A stretch of 64,000 nt of DNA from Pseudobdellovibrionaceae bacterium (GTDB taxonomy: Bacteria > Bdellovibrionota > Bdellovibrionia > Bdellovibrionales > Bdellovibrionaceae): the NCBI GenBank assembly GCA_044359815.1, contig JBIKLL010000004.1:1-64000 (forward strand), written 5' to 3'. Below, one piece after another: positions 9,922-19,810 of this stretch (positions within the stretch are counted from its first letter, which is position 1; every line of letters starts with the position of its first letter). Under the pieces are notes generated by a model. It saw only the letters and a list, made by a program, of their open reading frames with translations, searched no databases and was not told the DNA's origin. The position numbers and the translations under genes are program-made.

Positions 9922-10670
9922 ACAGGGACGCTCAGTACCAATTTAACCTCAGCATCACAAAAACTGTGAAGTGGTTGATCATAATAACCTTAGGGATATG
10001 GTTTTTCGGTCAAATCATTGGTGAACATTTTTTAAGAATTCCTATATCCAGATATTTTGCTTTGTACCCCGCAAAAGTCATTACTGAGTTTCAGGTTTGG
10101 CAATTGGGATCGTATATGTTTTTGCATTCACTGCAAGTCAGCCACGTGGTCTTGAATATGCTGACCCTGTGGTATTTTGGCTCTGAGTTGGAAAACCATT
10201 GGGGGCGAAAGTTCTTTCTGACCTATTATTTGCTCACAGGTTTTGGGGCAGCAGTTATTTACTGTGTGGGCTGTTTGATTTATTTCTTTATAAATCCTCA
10301 AAGCACAGCGATGGTAGTCCCTGTAATGGGAGCCTCTGGCAGCGTTTTTGGACTGTTATTGGCTTTTGGTGTGATTTTTGGCGAGCGGACCATTCATTTT
10401 ATGATGGTGTTCCCGATGAAGGCCAAATATTTTGTGCTTATTATTGGCGGGATTGAAGTGGCTTCGTTGTTGACGGCCGACGTAAATGGCGGAGATGTAG
10501 CCTATTTAGCTCACTTGGGTGGGATAGTTTCTGGATTTTTGACCCTGCAGGGGTGGACCTTTTTTAAGCGGTGGCAGTGGAACTACAGAGCGAAGAAAAG
10601 AAAAAATCTGAGACTGGTTGTTGACAATGATCAGAAAAACAATAGAAATGACCCCAAGTACTGGAATTAA
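9918..10670 (+). CDS. Rhomboid family intramembrane protease
   Basis: MFLH...HVVLNM, GASG, AHLGG. Confidence 0.92.
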   Translation: MNRDAQYQFNLSITKTVKWLIIITLGIWFFGQIIGEHFLRIPISRYFALYPAKVITEFQVWQLGSYMFLHSLQVSHVVLNMLTLWYFGSELENHWGRKFFLTYYLLTGFGAAVIYCVGCLIYFFINPQSTAMVVPVMGASGSVFGLLLAFGVIFGERTIHFMMVFPMKAKYFVLIIGGIEVASLLTADVNGGDVAYLAHLGGIVSGFLTLQGWTFFKRWQWNYRAKKRKNLRLVVDNDQKNNRNDPKYWN

Positions 10671-10690
10671 TTTAGTAATTAGGAGTGTTT

Positions 10691-10870
10691 ATGATTTTTG
10701 ATCAATCAATGAAAAAACTTAAATTCGATCAAAGATTGCTAGAGTTCAATTTAGCAAATGGTGTGATCACTAAAAAAGAATACGAAGAATATTTGAAATC
10801 ACTGGAAGACAATTCTTCAAACACACAACCTTTGATGCCTGAAAATAACGACAGCCAAAGTCAGCATTAA
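10691..10870 (+). CDS. Small hypothetical protein
   Basis: AGGAG at 10681; DQRLLE..L..G.IT..EY..YL..L.D pattern. Confidence 0.65.
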   Translation: MIFDQSMKKLKFDQRLLEFNLANGVITKKEYEEYLKSLEDNSSNTQPLMPENNDSQSQH

Positions 10871-10932
10871 TTTTATAATTTTTTTGAAATTCAATTGGCT
10901 TACTTAATTCAGTACAAAGTGATCACTGATTT

Positions 10933-11910
10933 CTAATTTCCCATGTTTGTGCTGGAAGCTTGCGGGATCAGATTGCTTTTTAAGTTGATCCAGTCTTCAC
11001 GGATAATTTTGAACGAATTATTATCCCATTTTGCGTGAATGGTTTTTTCGCCAAAATCTGAGTGGTAGTTTGATTGGTAGTTCTGAGTGAATCTAATAAC
11101 AACCTGGTCTTGGTTTCGCAAAATCACTGGGTCGCTTATTTTGACCTTGATAAAACTGTACACAGATTTCAGCTTTTTCTTGTGGGTGTACCATTGATCA
11201 TAATTCATTTCAGAATTTTTAAAAGTCGAATCATAAAATTTAATGTACTCATCTATATTTTGGCTTTCCCAAGCAGACCGCCAAGTTTCTAGGCTTTGCA
11301 ACATTTTTGATTTAATTGTTTTGTATTCGTCATTGAATAAATAATCGATTTCTTCATAAATCAGCAATGGAGTTTCCGTGAGCTTTACAAATTTTTTCAG
11401 CTCTTTAATCACGTTGTCCCTGACCACTACACAGCCCCTAGATCCACGAGTTAAGGGGATTGAATCTGGCACAGCATGAAGCCAAATTCCTGATCCCGTT
11501 TTTGCCAGGCGCTGGTCAAAAATATTGGGGTAATCAGTCGTAAAAGCCATGCTACCGTAGAGATCAAATGGAATTTCTGGATTGTAGAGCTCTTTCATCA
11601 AAAAATAGATTCCCACTGGAGTTCTGAAATCGTTTTCCTTTTCTTTGTCGCCCTGTTTTTTGCCGATGTCTGTTGGGTACTGAGAAATCAATTTGGGAGA
11701 GCCTTCTGATGACTCATAAAGAAACAATATTCTTTGTTTTTTATCTACGACAAAATAGTGCTTAGAAAAAACTGAATCCTGAGACAGATGAATCAAGCCT
11801 GCAGGTATGGTGGGCTTTTCTTCCGCCGGTTTTTCAATAGATTTTTCAGCAGCAATTAAATTGGCGCTGATAAAAAATAAGGTTGTAAAAACGATGGCTT
11901 GGTAGACCAT
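10933..11910 (-). CDS. L,D-transpeptidase/carboxypeptidase with C-terminal NTF2-like domain (Bd1075/Csd6-like)
   Basis: DFRTPVGIY, GSGIWLH...SRGCVV catalytic motif; WRSAWES...YIKFY...FTQNYQS NTF2-like tail. Confidence 0.85.
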   Translation of the reverse strand: MVYQAIVFTTLFFISANLIAAEKSIEKPAEEKPTIPAGLIHLSQDSVFSKHYFVVDKKQRILFLYESSEGSPKLISQYPTDIGKKQGDKEKENDFRTPVGIYFLMKELYNPEIPFDLYGSMAFTTDYPNIFDQRLAKTGSGIWLHAVPDSIPLTRGSRGCVVVRDNVIKELKKFVKLTETPLLIYEEIDYLFNDEYKTIKSKMLQSLETWRSAWESQNIDEYIKFYDSTFKNSEMNYDQWYTHKKKLKSVYSFIKVKISDPVILRNQDQVVIRFTQNYQSNYHSDFGEKTIHAKWDNNSFKIIREDWINLKSNLIPQASSTNMGN

Positions 11911-11916
11911 ATTATC

Positions 11917-11943
11917 CTATCGACCTGTCTCAAAAATGGCTTA
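11917..11943 (-). promoter_or_regulatory. Putative sigma28 (FliA) promoter
   Basis: Minus strand TAAG-N15-GTCGATAG, ending 6 nt before ATG 11910. Confidence 0.5.
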
Positions 11944-12040
11944 AGTGCAGTTCAGTATGTTCTCAATCACATTGTAGAAAATTGATCAATAGTTTGACGA
12001 ATTTTAAAAAATTAACTTCAAATATATTAGGCAAAAGTCT

Positions 12041-12067
12041 TAAGCCCATGGTCGGGAAATCCGAATA
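12041..12067 (+). promoter_or_regulatory. Putative sigma28 (FliA) promoter of fliL
   Basis: TAAG-N15-TCCGAATA, ending 7 nt before ATG 12075. Confidence 0.5.
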
Positions 12068-12074
12068 TTAAGTC

Positions 12075-12614
12075 ATGGCAGACGCAAAGAAAGACAGCAA
12101 ACAAGAAGGCGCACCCAAAAAATCCTTGGATGTTAAGGCGATAATGATGATTGCCTTTGCAGTTGTAAATCTGGGAGTGGTTGGTGGCGGAGCCTTTTTG
12201 GCTTACAGCGCAACATTGGGTTGGCATCCGGTTTCAATCACTGAACAGCAATTAAAAGCCGAACGTGAAAAAATGGAATCTGAAATGGATCACGCTGGCA
12301 GTGAATCAGGACCTTTGATTTACACCATGGATAAATTCACTGTGAATTTGGATGGAGAGCCCAAACGAACCATAAGAATTGAAGTGAATCTGGAAATGTT
12401 GGGCAAAGATGGTTTTGAAGAAGTCATTTCAAATGACACCAGGGTTCGAGCTCGTGATCGCATCGTCAGACTGCTGAATGATAAGACATTTTCGGAAATC
12501 GAATCCATTCAAGGAAAATTATTTTTAAAAGACCGCATCGCTTACGAGATCAATTCGATCTTGGATAAAGGCGTGGTCAAAGACGTTTACTTCTCAGAAT
12601 TTGTTGTGCAATAA
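12075..12614 (+). CDS. fliL: Flagellar basal body-associated protein FliL
   Basis: Single TM, FTVNL, RDRI..LL..K...E....GK..LK..I, VKDVYFSEFVVQ. Confidence 0.92.
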   Translation: MADAKKDSKQEGAPKKSLDVKAIMMIAFAVVNLGVVGGGAFLAYSATLGWHPVSITEQQLKAEREKMESEMDHAGSESGPLIYTMDKFTVNLDGEPKRTIRIEVNLEMLGKDGFEEVISNDTRVRARDRIVRLLNDKTFSEIESIQGKLFLKDRIAYEINSILDKGVVKDVYFSEFVVQ

Positions 12615-12644
12615 TTCATGAACATTCCTTTTCAGGGAGCCTTC

Positions 12645-13991
12645 ATGAAAGCGATTTTTTGCCTTTTGGCTGCAATCTGTTTAATCACACCAACAATCCA
12701 TGCTGACTTTAAATTGTCAGAGCATAAAACTGAAGTTCCAAAATTTAGTTTTCCTGTTGAAAAATACACGCTGAAAAATGGGCTGACAGTCTTGTTGGTG
12801 CAGGACAGGTCCATCCCCATGATTAGTTTTCATACTTGGTTTAAAGTGGGATCGAGGAATGAACAAAAAGGCGTTACGGGCGCGGCACACATGTTGGAAC
12901 ACATGATGTTTAAAGGTGCTAAAAAATATTCGGGCAAAGATTTTGACAGAATTTTGCACGAAAACGGAATTACCAATAACGCATTCACAACAAATGACTT
13001 TACAGGATTTTACCAAAATCTTCCCAGCGGTAAGCTGGAATTAATGATGGATATGGAAAGCGATCGGCTCAGGAACCTGAAATTAGACCCTCAGGATTTA
13101 AAAAGCGAGCTTCAGGTTGTGGGCGAGGAGCGTCGGTGGAGAGTGGATAACAATCCCAATGGATTGCTTAGGGAAATCCTGATGGCCACTATGTTTCAAG
13201 TGCATCCGTATACCTGGCCAGTCATCGGTTGGATGAAGGACATCCAAGCATATACTTCTGAAAAGCTGAGATTTTTTTACGATCAGTTCTATGTCCCCAA
13301 TAACGCGATTTTAGTCATCGTTGGTGACATCAAGATTTCAGAAACCAAAAATCTGATTGAAAAGTATTATGGAATTTTGCCAGCCAAGGAGCTGCCAAAG
13401 CAGGATTTCCCCAAAGAACCCGTAAGAACCAATGCGGTCCGTAAAGTCACAACCGGGGCAGTGCAAGCGCCCAGTTTTATCGTTGGTTTTCCTGGCGTGA
13501 AAGCAGTTGATGACGATAATTATCCTTTGGAAGTTTTGGCGACATTGCTGGCCGGTGGGAATTTTAGCAGACTGAACAAAGCCTTGGTTCAAAATCAAAA
13601 AATTTGTACCTATGTGGGAGCTGCCAATCAATCAGGAATAGATCCTGGGGCTTTTATGTTTTGGGTATTTATGAAGCCCGGAATGGGAACAGAAGCCGCC
13701 GAAAAAGTGATTCAAGCTGAAATTGAAAATCTGAAAAAAAACGGAGTGACTCAGGAAGAATTAGTCAGAGCCAAAAATCAGTTGATGAAATATTGGATCG
13801 ATTCGGTCAAAACCATTGATGGCAAAGCGGAAAGCTTGGCTGAATACGAAATAGTGTTCGGAGATTATTCCAAGATGTTTCAGTTTATGGAAAGAATTTC
13901 AGCGGTGACGGCAGAAGACGTAAAAAACGTAGCCAACAAATATTTTGATCCCAAGCAACAGGTAACGACGATCGTAGTTCCCAAGAAATGA
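12645..13991 (+). CDS. M16 zinc peptidase, catalytic subunit
   Basis: Signal peptide; AHMLEHMMFKG (HxxEH), NAFTT, EERRWR. Confidence 0.92.
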   Translation: MKAIFCLLAAICLITPTIHADFKLSEHKTEVPKFSFPVEKYTLKNGLTVLLVQDRSIPMISFHTWFKVGSRNEQKGVTGAAHMLEHMMFKGAKKYSGKDFDRILHENGITNNAFTTNDFTGFYQNLPSGKLELMMDMESDRLRNLKLDPQDLKSELQVVGEERRWRVDNNPNGLLREILMATMFQVHPYTWPVIGWMKDIQAYTSEKLRFFYDQFYVPNNAILVIVGDIKISETKNLIEKYYGILPAKELPKQDFPKEPVRTNAVRKVTTGAVQAPSFIVGFPGVKAVDDDNYPLEVLATLLAGGNFSRLNKALVQNQKICTYVGAANQSGIDPGAFMFWVFMKPGMGTEAAEKVIQAEIENLKKNGVTQEELVRAKNQLMKYWIDSVKTIDGKAESLAEYEIVFGDYSKMFQFMERISAVTAEDVKNVANKYFDPKQQVTTIVVPKK

Positions 13992-15373
13992 GAAGCAAAA
14001 TGAAACAAATTATTTATTTTTTAGTTGTGGCTTTAAGTATCGGATGTTCTTCGGTCAGATTGTCCAGTGGGGAAAATTATTCGATCAGATCCTATAAACG
14101 GATGCAGCTCAGTAATGGAATGAATTTGATTTTGATCAGGGATAATTCGCTTCCAACAATCAGTTTGCAAATGCGAGTCAACGTTGGGCTGAAAGACGAT
14201 CCCCAGAATTTACCAGGGCTGACTCATTTTACGGGAAGCTTGCTGGATCAGGGGACCTCGAAAATGGATGATGCGCAAATGGCTGATGCCTTTGCCGAAA
14301 TTGGTGGGGAATTTGATACCATCACACAGAATGAATTTACTTTGATCAATGCGGCCAGTCTGTCCCAGTACAACGATAGGCTTTTAGAGTTATTTGTGGA
14401 ATCTGTGCAGAGTCCTGCTTTTAGCGAAAAGGAAATCGAAAAAAACCGATCGCAAACATTGGCAGCCATTCAAAAGTTTGTAGAAAACCCTTCTGGCTAT
14501 GCAGATTATCTGTCGATGAAAGAATATTTTAAGGATCACCCGTTTCAAAATCTAAATATCGGAACCAAGGAATCAGTTTCCAAAATCAAACGAACAGATA
14601 TCGTGAAACAATTTTTTAGATTTTTCAGACCCAACAATGTTTCCTTGGCAGTTGTAGGTAATTTTGAAAAAGATTTTCAGAAAAAACTGATCGAAATTTT
14701 TGCAGGTTGGAAATCCCAAGAAATCAATCGTGAGGCTGAAAAGATTCCTGCAGCTTTGGATAAATTAAATTACATTTTGGTTACCAAGTCTGGACTTGAG
14801 CAAACTCAGATCAGATATCAGCTTAAGGGGATTCCCAGAAATCACCCAGAATTTCTGCCTTTGCGATTAGCCAACGTGGTTTTGGGCGGCAGTTTTGCCA
14901 GTCGGTTGAATCAGAAAATTAGGGATGATCTGGGGCTGACCTATAATATCTCCAGCAGTTTTAACTTTTTTCAGAATTTTGGCAGCTATTCGGTATCGAC
15001 TTTTACCCGCAATGATAAGGTTAAGGACACATTGGTTGAAACCAACAAAATGTTGGAAAGCTTTATGGCCACTGGAATCACCGAAAAGGAATTGGACGCT
15101 GCTAAAGCATTGTTGATTGGACAGTTTCCTGCCGTGATTGAAACCAGTGAAAAATTGGGTTCGACGCTGTTGTTGCTGGATTATTATGGGGTTGAAGACG
15201 GTTACCTGGATCAGTTTGTCAGGAAGGTCAAAAAAATCAAATTGGCTGAGGTCAACCAAGCTATCAAAAACAATTTGGACTTTGCCAAAATGAATATCAC
15301 AATTTTTGCTGATCAAGAAAAAATCAAATCCCAAACCGGCTGGATCAAAGATCTAAAAACCATCAAGTTTTAG
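13988..15373 (+). CDS. M16 peptidase-like partner subunit, probably non-catalytic lipoprotein
   Basis: Lipobox-like SIGC; HFTGS replaces HxxEH; LGGSFASRLNQKIR..GLTY. Confidence 0.88.
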   Translation: MRSKMKQIIYFLVVALSIGCSSVRLSSGENYSIRSYKRMQLSNGMNLILIRDNSLPTISLQMRVNVGLKDDPQNLPGLTHFTGSLLDQGTSKMDDAQMADAFAEIGGEFDTITQNEFTLINAASLSQYNDRLLELFVESVQSPAFSEKEIEKNRSQTLAAIQKFVENPSGYADYLSMKEYFKDHPFQNLNIGTKESVSKIKRTDIVKQFFRFFRPNNVSLAVVGNFEKDFQKKLIEIFAGWKSQEINREAEKIPAALDKLNYILVTKSGLEQTQIRYQLKGIPRNHPEFLPLRLANVVLGGSFASRLNQKIRDDLGLTYNISSSFNFFQNFGSYSVSTFTRNDKVKDTLVETNKMLESFMATGITEKELDAAKALLIGQFPAVIETSEKLGSTLLLLDYYGVEDGYLDQFVRKVKKIKLAEVNQAIKNNLDFAKMNITIFADQEKIKSQTGWIKDLKTIKF

Positions 15374-15380
15374 CACAAAA

Positions 15381-15807
15381 GATCTACTAACTGACTCCTT
15401 AGCCTGCCGTTAATTTGAATTTTAAAAAATTTTTCTATGCCTTTACACCTTGTGAATACTTGCTAACGGCCGCAAGCTCATCTCTCGTATTGCTTGCATG
15501 CAAAGATAATTTGTTTTTACTGTTTTTAGACACATGCAGCGAGCGTGCGGGGCATATCTGGTGTTGAGTCATTTTATTAAAGCAAAAAAATTGCTTTAAT
15601 AAAATGATTCAATACGAGAGATGAGCCCGCGGCCGTTAGCGAGTGTCTAAAAATAGTGAAAAAAATTATCTTTGCATTTACGCATCACGAGATATGCGGC
15701 GGTAAATTAAACGTCGCGCTCGCAAATGTATTCACAAGATGTAAAGGCATAGAAATATTTTTTAAAATTCAAATTAAATGCCAGCAAGTGGGTCAGCTAC
15801 TATGATC
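15381..15807. repeat. Nested inverted-repeat element, family II, copy 1
   Basis: arm1 15410-15459 / motif A 15460-15492 / arm2 / motif B 15534-15566 / inner hairpin 15567-15609 / A(rc) 15610-15642 / arm2(rc) / B(rc)-like 15681-15727 / arm1(rc) 15728-15777; degenerate outer pairing. Confidence 0.93.
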
Positions 15808-16000
15808 TAAATTTTTTTAATTTATAAAAATGATTATTTGATGCTTATACGTCTTGTGTGGCGTCGCGGCGTTTTAATTAACCGCCGCGTATCGCTGGAG
15901 TGCGGCACTTTCTGTGAAGCACTCCGCGAGACGAAGTGCGGCCGTTAGCGAAAGACGTAGAAGTATTAAATAATCATTTTTATAAATTAAAAAACTTTAG
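15807..16000. repeat. Inverted-repeat element, family II, single (non-nested) unit
   Basis: AT-rich arms 15807-15855 / 15952-16000 around a core with a B-like motif and GCGGCCGTTAGCGA. Confidence 0.88.
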
Positions 16001-16002
16001 TC

Positions 16003-16746
16003 TCAAGATTTTTTGGTTTTTAAGACCACGTAGGCGCCAGCGCCAATCAGCAAAATACCAATTAACAAAAACAGTGTTTGAGTCTTGTTGCCACTGCCAA
16101 ACAGACCGTCGCTTTCGATTTCCTCGGAGGTTTCCATATCAGCCGGTACAGCCGCATTGATTGGGGCTCCCAGTGTTTCAGATCCGGGCCTAATGGGACC
16201 GACATCAGGTGATGCCAGCAGATTGTTGGTGGCTACAACTCTGAGTGATTGAACGGCTTTAAAAAAATCTTGGCTGTATTTAGTGTAAACGCTTTTGTGA
16301 GCGCTAAAGGTAACCAGCACTGCGATTTTTTCTTTGATAGTCGTTAGGTAGCGGGTGAAAAAATTTGGGACCTCGCTGGACATGTGCAAGCCATCAATCC
16401 ACATGTGATCATTAATTTTATATTGTTTGGATGGATACATGACTTTGCTTAAAATCCCTGCGGTGGGTTTTGCGGCGACAGGGTGGGGAGAGTTTAAATA
16501 TTTTGAATACTGCTCAAATGAATCGACGGGGCCGACTTCTTTAGCTGTAAGAATTATAATGGCTTCGCGGGATTCTTTTTGTTTTTCTGAGCGGCAAACC
16601 CATTCTGTATGCTCTAGAGTGCATTTCCATGTATCGGGAAGCTCAAAAGATACGTAAGCATTTCGAAATACTTTGGCAGATGCATAAGAGTTTATTATAG
16701 TGGCCAAGGCAAAAGCGAACAGGGTTAGTTTGGCAGAAATCTGCAT
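16003..16746 (-). CDS. Secreted hypothetical protein with C-terminal membrane anchor
   Basis: GGAGG RBS, signal peptide, C-terminal TM followed by basic residues. Confidence 0.8.
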   Translation of the reverse strand: MQISAKLTLFAFALATIINSYASAKVFRNAYVSFELPDTWKCTLEHTEWVCRSEKQKESREAIIILTAKEVGPVDSFEQYSKYLNSPHPVAAKPTAGILSKVMYPSKQYKINDHMWIDGLHMSSEVPNFFTRYLTTIKEKIAVLVTFSAHKSVYTKYSQDFFKAVQSLRVVATNNLLASPDVGPIRPGSETLGAPINAAVPADMETSEEIESDGLFGSGNKTQTLFLLIGILLIGAGAYVVLKTKKS

Positions 16747-16862
16747 AAATCCTCCATGACTTTAAGGCTGTTTCGGGTGGCAAATCATAAACCCCCAGGC
16801 CTTGCAATAAAGTATGGTGGTAAACGCAGATGAAGTCAAAAGCCAGGAAAGGGGATTTTTAG

Positions 16863-17768
16863 ATGCTTAATCTTTATCAATTACAATCGTTTGTAACGGT
16901 GATCAGCGAAGGCAGCATGACCGGGGCAGCTGACAAGTTGTTTTTAACTCAGCCAGCGATCAGTCAACAGATCAGAAATCTGGAAGAAGAGCTGGGAGTC
17001 GAGCTGTTGGTTAGGGGAGTTCGTCAGATCCGCCCGACATTGCAAGGCGAAGTTTTGTATGATTTTGCTAAAAAGATTTTGCAACTGGCTAGTCAGGGTG
17101 AAATTGCTGTCAAAGCAATGGGCGCTGAGCTGAAGGGATCAATCAGGGTAGGAACATTGAATTCTGTAGGCGTTCAGTTGATGAGTCCTATTGTTAGCCG
17201 TCTGTTAAAATACAATCCCAAATTAAGCATTTCGATTGATTATGATAAGGGCGAAGAGTTGATCAAAACTTTTAACAGTGGTGATCTGGACGTAGTGATT
17301 TTGCCAGATACAGAAACCGAATACGGTGCGACTTTGAACTCTGCTGAAAAGAAATTTTTGTTTCGTGAAGAAATGTGGCTGGTCGGTACCGGTAAAGACA
17401 CAGAAATGCCAAAACAAATCAGCCTGACTGAATTAAAAAAATATCCGACAATTTTATTTTCTGGTGAATACCCTCATTTTAGCAAAAAATTGGATGAAAC
17501 AGTTCAGTCCTTGGGTGACCGAGTGGATCCGACCTTTCAGTCAACAAACGTGGGGACTTTAAAACGAGTTATCGAATCAGGACTGGGTTGGGGATTTTTG
17601 CCATCACTATCAATTAAAAAACAGGTGAAAATGGGCAGGCTCAATCACGTGATGGTGAAAGAGCTCGAGTACTCTGTGGATTTTTATTTTTATTCCAGAA
17701 AAGGCACGCCCACATTTAATATCACTGAAGTGTTTTACCAAGCCCTCCAACAGCGCGGCGGAGAATAG
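16863..17768 (+). CDS. LysR family transcriptional regulator
   Basis: GSMTGAADKLFLTQPAISQQIRNLEEELG HTH. Confidence 0.95.
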   Translation: MLNLYQLQSFVTVISEGSMTGAADKLFLTQPAISQQIRNLEEELGVELLVRGVRQIRPTLQGEVLYDFAKKILQLASQGEIAVKAMGAELKGSIRVGTLNSVGVQLMSPIVSRLLKYNPKLSISIDYDKGEELIKTFNSGDLDVVILPDTETEYGATLNSAEKKFLFREEMWLVGTGKDTEMPKQISLTELKKYPTILFSGEYPHFSKKLDETVQSLGDRVDPTFQSTNVGTLKRVIESGLGWGFLPSLSIKKQVKMGRLNHVMVKELEYSVDFYFYSRKGTPTFNITEVFYQALQQRGGE

Positions 17769-17784
17769 GTCAAAAGGCTTAAGC

Positions 17785-18240
17785 TTACTGGCTGATAATG
17801 CAGGTAGTGACATCTTTAAAAGGTCTACCTGACGTTTGAGTTTCTATGGATACAACCATTGGCTCGTCAGACGAAATACTAATTTTTAATGAGTCTGACC
17901 AAGATCCAGAATTATAAGCTAAATATTCTACATAATTTCTTCTGGCATATTTATAGACCCTTGCGTCCGAATAGATTCTTCTGGAAAAAAGCAGCTCTAG
18001 GTTTCTCAGATTAGTGTCTCCTCCATTGAACTGAATGGTAGTCTCATAGGCTTCATCGGAGTCTATGTTTTTAATGGCGATAGAACATTTATTACCGTCG
18101 ATCATTTTTCCAAATAATTTTTCTTCGCCTAAAATTTTTGTCAGCTCTTTATAAAGAGTTTTACCATCAATGATTTTTTCTTTTTGCTGAGCGTTGCCGT
18201 TAAATGAAACCAAAAGTGTGAATAGTGTTACGATAAACAT
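17785..18240 (-). CDS. Secreted hypothetical protein
   Basis: Signal-peptide-like start MFIVTLFTLLVSFNGNA; no family recognised. Confidence 0.6.
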   Translation of the reverse strand: MFIVTLFTLLVSFNGNAQQKEKIIDGKTLYKELTKILGEEKLFGKMIDGNKCSIAIKNIDSDEAYETTIQFNGGDTNLRNLELLFSRRIYSDARVYKYARRNYVEYLAYNSGSWSDSLKISISSDEPMVVSIETQTSGRPFKDVTTCIISQ

Positions 18241-18493
18241 CTCTGTTCTTTTCAAAAAAAGTTTCCATTGAAAAATAAAGCACCTGGGGCAGCTGAACAA
18301 CTGTAACAATTTTGACAGTTATTAAATTCATAGCTCTAGTCTGATTGCTTATCCGAAGGCTTTGGTTTCAATCAGTTCGGTGTTGGGAGCACTGGCTAAC
18401 TTTTTGACAAGTTTGTCTTGTTTGCAAAGCAAACATAAATCACAACCACTTAATTGATCAGCAAAAGCTGGCAAGCCAGTCTTTAGCAAATTT

Positions 18494-19336
18494 TTAAAAT
18501 ATCGCGGAATCGGGCCAGCCCATGCGGGCGGCCACGATACGGGTGATTTCGGTGGCGGTTTCCTCAAGCGCACGCTCGGTGACGTTGAAAACCGGCCATC
18601 TTTTGTTTTGCTTGAAAATTTCGTGAGCGTAATCAATTTCTTTTGCGATGTGTGCCAGACTGGCGTATTCGCCGCCAGGGTCTTGACCAAATTTTTCCAG
18701 ACGGCTTTTGCGAATCCTCTGCAGACTTTCCATATCAATAATCAGTCCCACAATTCGCCGTTGGTCGATGGCAAAAAGCTCCTTTGGCAAAGCCGTATTT
18801 AAAACTATAGGTACATTCGCAACCTTCCAGCCTTTATGACTCAGAAATACTGACAGCGGGGTTTTGCTGGTTCTGCTGATTCCAACCAAAATAATATCGG
18901 CCTGGCCCAAATCATTCAGGGTTTTGCCATCATCGTGTTTGACAGTGTATTCGATGGCCTCAATGCGCTTGAAATACTGTTCATCCACGGTTCTAAGGAT
19001 TCCAGCCTGGGGAGCTACCGAATTACCACCGAAATAAGAATCTAAGGTGTTTAAAACAGGTCCCAGCAAATCAATGGCAGGAATGGCTTTGCCGTTAGCC
19101 AGTTCGCGGATTTTATTTCGCAGTGACAAACTGACGACTGTGTAAACGATCATGCCTCGGCGTTCGCTGGCTTCTTGGACAATGGGGACAACCTGATCCT
19201 CGGAACGAATGTTTTTACAACGAACCAGATTGATTTCTCGGTCTGAATACTGCACCAAAGCCGCACGAATCATGGTGGCAGCGGTTTCGCCGGTACCATC
19301 AGAAATAATATAAATGATTCCGTCTTGGTGACTCAA
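18494..19336 (-). CDS. PEP synthase/pyruvate phosphate dikinase regulatory protein (DUF299)
   Basis: ISDGTGETA, YFKRIEAIEYTVKHDDG, GISRTSKTPLS. Confidence 0.93.
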   Translation of the reverse strand: MSHQDGIIYIISDGTGETAATMIRAALVQYSDREINLVRCKNIRSEDQVVPIVQEASERRGMIVYTVVSLSLRNKIRELANGKAIPAIDLLGPVLNTLDSYFGGNSVAPQAGILRTVDEQYFKRIEAIEYTVKHDDGKTLNDLGQADIILVGISRTSKTPLSVFLSHKGWKVANVPIVLNTALPKELFAIDQRRIVGLIIDMESLQRIRKSRLEKFGQDPGGEYASLAHIAKEIDYAHEIFKQNKRWPVFNVTERALEETATEITRIVAARMGWPDSAIF

Positions 19337-19810
19337 TTACGAACCCTTATCAATCACTACTGAAACGTTGCCATCAAATTTTTGCGAATCAATTTTTTCT
19401 TTGAATTCGGAAAAGCTGTAATCACTGGGAGCCACAATCCTGATACTGGGTTTACCCAATCCCTGCCAAACATCGTTGATCTGATCCAACCAACTGACAA
19501 TGGCTTTTGAGCCTTCAATATAATAAGTCCATCGGTTTGGCAGGAGTTTGTTTGAACAAATCAATATACCTAATTTTTTAGATTTTTTGGTTTCAACAAA
19601 GTCTAAATTTTTTAGTTCGCAGGCTTGCAAAATTTCTTTCACCCTGTCGGACAGTTCGGCTTTTTTATGATTGAGATACTGATGAATCTGAAAGTTCAGA
19701 TACCAATCAATTTTGCGGCTGATGGGGCTGGTTTCCAGCTCGGGTATAACCCACAGTTCAGAACCAGGGTTAAAAGCATTTGCGGTGTTAAGGTTATTCA
19801 GTTTTGCCAT
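19337..19810 (-). CDS. Hypothetical protein
   Basis: ORF coupled to nusB and the DUF299 gene; IDWYLNFQ motif. Confidence 0.7.
   Translation of the reverse strand: MAKLNNLNTANAFNPGSELWVIPELETSPISRKIDWYLNFQIHQYLNHKKAELSDRVKEILQACELKNLDFVETKKSKKLGILICSNKLLPNRWTYYIEGSKAIVSWLDQINDVWQGLGKPSIRIVAPSDYSFSEFKEKIDSQKFDGNVSVVIDKGS

Noticed and set aside
15460..15727. Hammerhead or other known ribozyme in the family II core
   Set aside because: No CTGATGA/GAAA catalytic core in the required arrangement on either strand by eye
15381..16000. CRISPR array interpretation of the repeated motifs
   Set aside because: Repeats are inverted and nested, the intervening segments are complementary to each other rather than unique spacers, and there are no cas genes
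18349..18493. Imperfect palindrome (ACTGGCT...AGCCAGT) and the 129-aa alternative ORF ending at 18349
   Set aside because: Pairing is too degenerate to support, and the ORF mostly overlaps the DUF299 gene in another frame
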